Both the position numbers and the translations under genes were made by a program. DNA of 64,000 nucleotides from contig JAVKIP010000003.1 in NCBI GenBank assembly GCA_031459385.1, forward strand, positions 1 through 64,000, written 5' to 3'. Shown here piece by piece: positions 58,994 to 64,000 of the stretch. Every line of letters begins with the position of its first letter. Position 1 is the stretch's first letter. This DNA comes from Candidatus Fervidifonticultor secundus (GTDB lineage Bacteria; Sysuimicrobiota; Sysuimicrobiia; Sysuimicrobiales; Humicultoraceae). The notes beneath the pieces were generated by a model that was not told the origin of the DNA, did not search any database, and saw only the letters and a list, made by a program, of their open reading frames with translations.

Positions 58994-59073
58994 CCCCTTG
59001 CGCGCGGTCGGCGCGGCCGGCGAAGGCTCCCGCGGCTACGTCCCGCTCGCCATCCCCCAGGGCAGAGGGGCGC

Positions 59074-60471
59074 CTACGGCAAAGCGACGAGCTTGCCTGG
59101 GTTCATGATGTTGTGTGGGTCGAGGGTCTGCTTGAGGGCGCGCATCACTTCCAGGGTCTCGCCGTGCTCCCTGGCCATGTACGGCAGCTTGCCGATGCCC
59201 ACGCCGTGCTCGCCGGTGCAGGTGCCGCCCAGGGCCAGGGCCCGCAGGACCATGCGCTCGTTGAGGCGTTTCACTTCCGCCATCTCCGCCGGGTCGTCCG
59301 GATTCACCAGGAACACCAGGTGGAAGTTCCCGTCGCCGACGTGGCCCACCAGCGCCACCGGCACGGGCGAGGCTGCCAGGTCCCGCTTCGTCTCCACGAT
59401 GCACTCGGCCAGGCGCGAGATCGGCACGCAGACGTCGGTCGTGAGCCCGCTGGCCCCCGGCCGCAGCGCCAGCGCGGCCCAGTAGGCGTCGTGCCGCGCC
59501 TTCCACAGCCGCGCCCGCTGGTCGGCGTCGGTGGCCCATCGAAACGCCTGGCCGCCGTGCTGGAGGGCGATCTCCTTGACCATGTCGGCCTGCTCGGCCA
59601 CGCTGCGCTGGCTCGGCCCGTGAAACTCCAGGAACAGCGTGGGCGCCACGGGACAGTCGAGCCCCGCGTGGCGGTTGCAGGCGGCCATCTGCACCTCGTC
59701 CAGGAGTTCGATGCGGGCCACCGGGATGCCCAGCTGCACCGTGGTGATGACGGTGTCCACGGCTCCGGCGATCGCCTCGAAAGCACACGTCGCGGCCGCC
59801 ACCGCCTCAGGCACCCCGTGCAACCTGACCGTGACCTCGGTGATGACGCCCAGGGTCCCCTCCGAGCCCACGAAGAGCCGGGTCAGGTCGTAGCCCGCGG
59901 CCGACTTGCGCGCGCGCGTGCCAGTGCGGATCACGCGCCCGTCGGCGAGCACCACCGTGAGGCCCAGCACGTTCTCCCGCATGGTGCCGTAGCGCACCGC
60001 GGTGGTCCCCGACGCGCGCGTGGCGGCCATGCCGCCCAGGGTGGCGTCGGCCCCCGGGTCCACGGAGAAGAACAGGCCGAGCCCGCGCAGGTGGCGGTTC
60101 AGCTGCCGGTGCGTGACCCCCGCCTCGACGGTGGCGTCCAGATCCTCGGGGCTGACCCGCAGGATGCGGTTCATCTGGGAGAGGTCGATGCAGATGCCGC
60201 CCTGCGTGGCGGCCACGTGGCCCTCGAGCGACGTGCCGGCGCCGAAGGGGATGACCGGCGCGCCCGCGCGGGCGCACACCTCGACGATCGCCCGCACGTC
60301 GTCGGTGGAGTGCGGGAACGCCACCGCGTCCGGCGGGTGCGGCGGGAGGTACGTCTCTCCGCGGCTGTGGTGCTCGCGCACCGCCGTGGCGGTCGAGAGG
60401 CGGTCGCCGAGCAGCGCCCGGAGCTCGGCGATCACCCGCTCGGCGGCGTAGGGGCGCGGCACCACGCTCAT
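59074..60471 (-). CDS. FAD-linked oxidase (D-lactate dehydrogenase/GlcD family)
   Basis: PFGAGTSLEGH, VDPGADATLGGM, GSEGTLG, GHVGDGNFH, TGEHGVG.GK, MNPGK. Confidence 0.93.
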   Translation of the reverse strand: MSVVPRPYAAERVIAELRALLGDRLSTATAVREHHSRGETYLPPHPPDAVAFPHSTDDVRAIVEVCARAGAPVIPFGAGTSLEGHVAATQGGICIDLSQMNRILRVSPEDLDATVEAGVTHRQLNRHLRGLGLFFSVDPGADATLGGMAATRASGTTAVRYGTMRENVLGLTVVLADGRVIRTGTRARKSAAGYDLTRLFVGSEGTLGVITEVTVRLHGVPEAVAAATCAFEAIAGAVDTVITTVQLGIPVARIELLDEVQMAACNRHAGLDCPVAPTLFLEFHGPSQRSVAEQADMVKEIALQHGGQAFRWATDADQRARLWKARHDAYWAALALRPGASGLTTDVCVPISRLAECIVETKRDLAASPVPVALVGHVGDGNFHLVFLVNPDDPAEMAEVKRLNERMVLRALALGGTCTGEHGVGIGKLPYMAREHGETLEVMRALKQTLDPHNIMNPGKLVALP

Positions 60472-60826
60472 GGCATGTCGCTGTCCACGATCGCGCCGCC
60501 CGGGCCAGCGGCCCGGAACGTCAGATTCCCATCCCACACCGTTCGAATATGCTCTCGTGGCATGTCCTGCCCCCCGCCGTCATCTCAGCGTCTCACGCCA
60601 GGGACCGCACGCGCCGCGCCGGCTCCAGACCTCGTCGTGACCTCGCGCGTCGTGCGCCACGGCACCGTGCATCCGTTCTCCACATCCGCGAAGACCTCCC
60701 CCGTGCACACCGCGCACGCTCTCCCGACGTCCGGGCGCCGGCCACCCAGGGCGCCTGTCGGGGCAGATCGATCCAGGCGGGGCCTGCTTGAGGCCCTCTC
60801 GCCGCAGTGCTAGACTTGGGCCCGCT

Positions 60827-61555
60827 GTGGATCCCGTGCTGGTGCAGCTCGGTCCCGTCGCGATCCGCTGGTACGGCGTGATGCTGGCCACGACGATCGT
60901 GCTGAGCCTGCTGGTCGCGTACCGCATCGGCCCTCGTCTGGGCGTGCCGGCCGCCGTGCTCGACCGCACCGCCACGGCGGCAGTGCTCGTCATGTTCGTC
61001 GGGGCGCGCCTGGGATACGTGGTCTCCCATCCCAGCCAGTTCCTCCCGGCCCTCTGGGAGATCGTGCGGATCGACCGGGGCGGGCTCTCGTCGCACGGCG
61101 CCATCGCCGCGGGCCTGCTCTACGCCGCCTGGGCCGCCCGGCGCACGGGCGTCTCGCTCTGGCAGTTTGCCGATACGTTCGGCTGGGCGATCCCCATCGG
61201 CAACATCTTCGTCCGCTTCGGCAACTTCATGAACGGCGAGCTCTACGGCGACCCCACGGGGCTCCCCTGGGGTGTCGTCTTTCCGACGATGCCCGACGCC
61301 CCTCGCCATCCGCTGCAGATCTACGAGATGCTCCTGGCGGTCGTCGTCCTGCTCCGGGCGCGCACGGTCGCCGCCCGCCCGCGATTCCCGGGGGAGGTGT
61401 TCTGGAGCATCGTGGTGCCGACCTCGGTGGGGCGGCTGGTGTTCGACGCGCTGCGCAGCGAGATGCGGGCCCTGGGCCCGCTGACGCTGGGCCAGCTCCC
61501 GGCCCTGGTGCTCATCGGCTGGGGGCTGTGGGACCTGCGCCGCCAGCGGCGGTAG
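60827..61555 (+). CDS. lgt: Prolipoprotein diacylglyceryl transferase
   Basis: DPV..QLGP..IRWYG, GARLGYV, GGLSSHG, RFGNFMNGELYG, HPLQIYE. Confidence 0.94.
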   Translation: MDPVLVQLGPVAIRWYGVMLATTIVLSLLVAYRIGPRLGVPAAVLDRTATAAVLVMFVGARLGYVVSHPSQFLPALWEIVRIDRGGLSSHGAIAAGLLYAAWAARRTGVSLWQFADTFGWAIPIGNIFVRFGNFMNGELYGDPTGLPWGVVFPTMPDAPRHPLQIYEMLLAVVVLLRARTVAARPRFPGEVFWSIVVPTSVGRLVFDALRSEMRALGPLTLGQLPALVLIGWGLWDLRRQRR

Positions 61556-61613
61556 CGCCGGCGCTGGCAGCGACGGCGGCAACCGCAGCGTTTACCGCGA
61601 CGGGGAGACCAGG

Positions 61614-62522
61614 ATGAACGTCCGCATCGGCGCTGCGCCCATCAGCTGGGGCATCTGTGAGATCCCGGGGTGGGGACCGCAACTGCACTACGACCGCGTG
61701 CTGGACGAGATGCAGCTGGCCGGGTACGCCGGCACGGAGCTGGGCCCTTGGGGGTTCCTCCCGACCGATCCCGACGTGCTGGCTGCGGCGCTGGCCCGCC
61801 GGAGCCTGTCGCTGGCGGCGGCCTTCGTGCCGCTCCCGCTCAAGGACCCGTCGGCCTACGCCGAGTGCGAGAAAGGCGTGCGCGAGACGGCCGCACTGCT
61901 GCAGCGCCTGGGCGCCGGTGACATCCTGCTGGCCGACGCGGGCGACGAGACCCGCCGGAAAATCGCAGGGCGCCCGGAGGAGACCCGCGCGCACGGGTTG
62001 CAGCCCCGCGAGTGGCCGGGCTACGCCGCCCGGGTGGAGCGGCTGGCGCAGATCTGCCGGTTCGACTACGGGCTGGTGCCGTCCTTCCACCCGCACGCCG
62101 GCACGTTCATCGAACACCCCGACGAGATCCGCACGCTGCTCGAGCGCTGCGACCCGCACCTGGTGAAGTTCTGCCTGGATACCGGGCACGTAGCGTTCGG
62201 CGGGGGCGATCCAGTGGCGATCGCCAGTGCACATGCGCCGCGACTGGGGTACGTGCACCTCAAGGACATCGACCTGCCCAGGTTGCGGACCCTGCTGGTC
62301 GCGGGGAAGGACTACGTCGCCGCGGCTCAGCGGGACGTGTTCGTCGAACTGGGCCATGGGTCCCTGGACCTGCGGGCGCTCGTCGAGACGCTGCGCACCG
62401 CAGGCTACACGGGCTGGATCGTCATTGAGCAGGATCGCGTGGTGCAGGCTGACACCGACACCCTGGGCCGTGCCCGGCGCAACCTGGCCGCTCTCCGGGC
62501 GTTGCTGGAGGCTGCGTGCTAG
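61614..62522 (+). CDS. Sugar phosphate isomerase/epimerase (IolE-like TIM barrel)
   Basis: APISWG, GTELGPWGF, FHPHAGTFIE, LDTGH, VHLKD, WIVIEQD. Confidence 0.88.
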   Translation: MNVRIGAAPISWGICEIPGWGPQLHYDRVLDEMQLAGYAGTELGPWGFLPTDPDVLAAALARRSLSLAAAFVPLPLKDPSAYAECEKGVRETAALLQRLGAGDILLADAGDETRRKIAGRPEETRAHGLQPREWPGYAARVERLAQICRFDYGLVPSFHPHAGTFIEHPDEIRTLLERCDPHLVKFCLDTGHVAFGGGDPVAIASAHAPRLGYVHLKDIDLPRLRTLLVAGKDYVAAAQRDVFVELGHGSLDLRALVETLRTAGYTGWIVIEQDRVVQADTDTLGRARRNLAALRALLEAAC

Positions 62523-63970
62523 CGCCCGGCCCCCAGCGCGCTCACCTGCTGCGCGAAGCCGACAAGGGCCCCCGGCAGGACGCCCACCTGAACGATGGTC
62601 AGGACCGCCAGCGCCAGGACCGCGGTCACCAGCGGACTGCGGTGCAGGCGCACGGCGGCGGGCGGCTCGCCCGCGTACATCACGTACGCGACCCGCAGGT
62701 AGTAGTAGACCGAGATCACGCTGGTCAGCACCCCCACCAGCGCCAGACCCAGGCCCAGCCGCCCGCCGCCCTCGATGGCCGCGGCGAACACGCCCAGCTT
62801 GGCGACGAATCCCCCAGACGGGGGCAGCCCGGCCAGCGAGACCATGCACACCGCGGTGGCGAAGGCCAGCAGCGGCGCCCGGGCGGCCAGGCCAGCGTAG
62901 TCGTCGATGCGGTCGGCCTCGCGCCCGGCGCGCTCCAGCCCCGCGGCCACGGCGAACGCGCCGAGGGTCATCGCGGCGTAGACCGCCAGGTAGCCCACGA
63001 CCGCCGCGGTGGCCGCCGCGGTGCCCGTCGCGACGCCGATCAGCAGGTACCCCGTGTGCGAGATGCTGGAGTAGGCCAGCAGGCGCTTGTAGTTCGTCTG
63101 CGCCAGCGCGGCCAGGTTCGCCACCGCCATGGTGACGATCGCCAGCGCCCCCGCCAGCGGGCGCCACTGGTCGGCGAGCGGCGCCAGCGTCAGCGGGAAG
63201 ACGCGCAGCAGCGCCGCAAACGCGCCCACCTTGGCGATCACGGACATGAATGCCGCGGCCGGCAGCGGCGCGCCCTCGTAGGCATCCGGTGCCCAGGTGT
63301 GAAAGGGCACCGCGGCGGCTTTGAAGCCCAGGCCGATGGCCACCAGGCCCATGCCGGCGGCAGCCGCAGGGTCGAGGGGACGCTGGGCCAGCGCCGCGGC
63401 CAGCTCGGGCAGGCGCGTCGTCTGGCCGACCCCGTAGAGCAGCGCCACACCGAAGAGCAGGAACGCGCTGGCGAACGCGCCCAGGAGGAAGTACTTCATG
63501 CCGGCCTCCTGGGAGCGTGGCAGGCTGCGGTGCCAGGCGGCCAGAACGTACAGCGGGATCGACAGCGTCTCCAGCGCCAGGAACAGCAGGAGCAGATCGC
63601 GGCTGGCGGCCATCAGCATCGCGCCCGCCGTCGCCACCAGCACCAGCACGTAGTATTCGCCCCGCTCGAGCCCGGCCCGCCGCAGGTAGTCCGGCGCCAC
63701 CGCCAGGCCGAACGCGCCCACCGCCGCGGCGATGGCCTGGGCCGTGCGCGTGAGCCCGTCGCGCACGTACATGCCGGCGAACCCGGCGCCGTCGGGCGTC
63801 ACGGCGGCCGCCCACCCGGCCCACACCGCGCCGGCGATGCCGGCCGCCACGAGCCAGCCGCGTCGCGACGGCGGCATCCACAGGTCCGCGAGCAGCAGGA
63901 CCAGCGCCGCGCTCAGGACGATCAGCTCTGGCGCCAGCAGCTCGAGGGCCACCGGCGGCGGGGAGATCAT
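62519..63970 (-). CDS. nuoN: NADH-quinone oxidoreductase subunit N
   Basis: GEYY.L, LETLSIPLY, EAGMKYFLLG, FKAAAVPFH.WAPDAYEGAP, KRLLAYSSISH.GY, SLAGLPP..GF.AK. Confidence 0.95.
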   Translation of the reverse strand: MISPPPVALELLAPELIVLSAALVLLLADLWMPPSRRGWLVAAGIAGAVWAGWAAAVTPDGAGFAGMYVRDGLTRTAQAIAAAVGAFGLAVAPDYLRRAGLERGEYYVLVLVATAGAMLMAASRDLLLLFLALETLSIPLYVLAAWHRSLPRSQEAGMKYFLLGAFASAFLLFGVALLYGVGQTTRLPELAAALAQRPLDPAAAAGMGLVAIGLGFKAAAVPFHTWAPDAYEGAPLPAAAFMSVIAKVGAFAALLRVFPLTLAPLADQWRPLAGALAIVTMAVANLAALAQTNYKRLLAYSSISHTGYLLIGVATGTAAATAAVVGYLAVYAAMTLGAFAVAAGLERAGREADRIDDYAGLAARAPLLAFATAVCMVSLAGLPPSGGFVAKLGVFAAAIEGGGRLGLGLALVGVLTSVISVYYYLRVAYVMYAGEPPAAVRLHRSPLVTAVLALAVLTIVQVGVLPGALVGFAQQVSALGAGR

Positions 63971-64000
63971 CGCCTGCGCTCCGCGGGGGCTGGCGCTGCA

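Overview
High-GC bacterial DNA from a probable diderm (TolC, lgt) with a Bacillus-like yabE-rsmA-ispE-purR gene order. An Armatimonadota/CSP1-3-like lineage is plausible but is only an inference. The left ~25.7 kb is accessory. It holds an integron integrase running off the edge, IS21 and IS630 remnants, a P1/DmpA peptidase pseudogene, a sugar ABC transporter with an FAD oxidoreductase, a ~12 kb minus-strand group 1l-type [NiFe]-hydrogenase operon, a divergent XRE regulator with a Cys-rich tail, a second Dpp-type ABC transporter and an amidase, and it ends at tRNA-fMet. The hydrogenase operon encodes a CooC-like ATPase, the small subunit, five short paralogous TM proteins, the large subunit, two protease-fold genes, a NifU-Rieske fusion, HypC, DUF6390 and a Ni/peptide ABC transporter. 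The right ~38 kb is mostly housekeeping: a TetR-TolC-HlyD-ABC efflux operon, purR, ispE, LCP, rsmA, propionyl-CoA carboxylase/methylmalonyl-CoA mutase genes, ligA, a SAM-I riboswitch-thrB-thrC-like-sulfur carrier operon, lgt and nuoN. Top leads: (1) an in-frame UGA at the first Cys of the CooC CxC motif with a SECIS-like hairpin, suggesting a selenocysteine-containing Ni-insertion ATPase for the hydrogenase; (2) a shared TATYAGC-N2-GCTAATA palindrome linking the hydrogenase/XRE intergenic region and the second ABC operon; (3) an Hfq-like domain fused to an uncharacterised protein, with its own internal RBS and start codon; (4) a ~90 nt structured RNA with its own sigma70-type promoter. All calls come from reading the sequence and recalled motifs; no searches were run.
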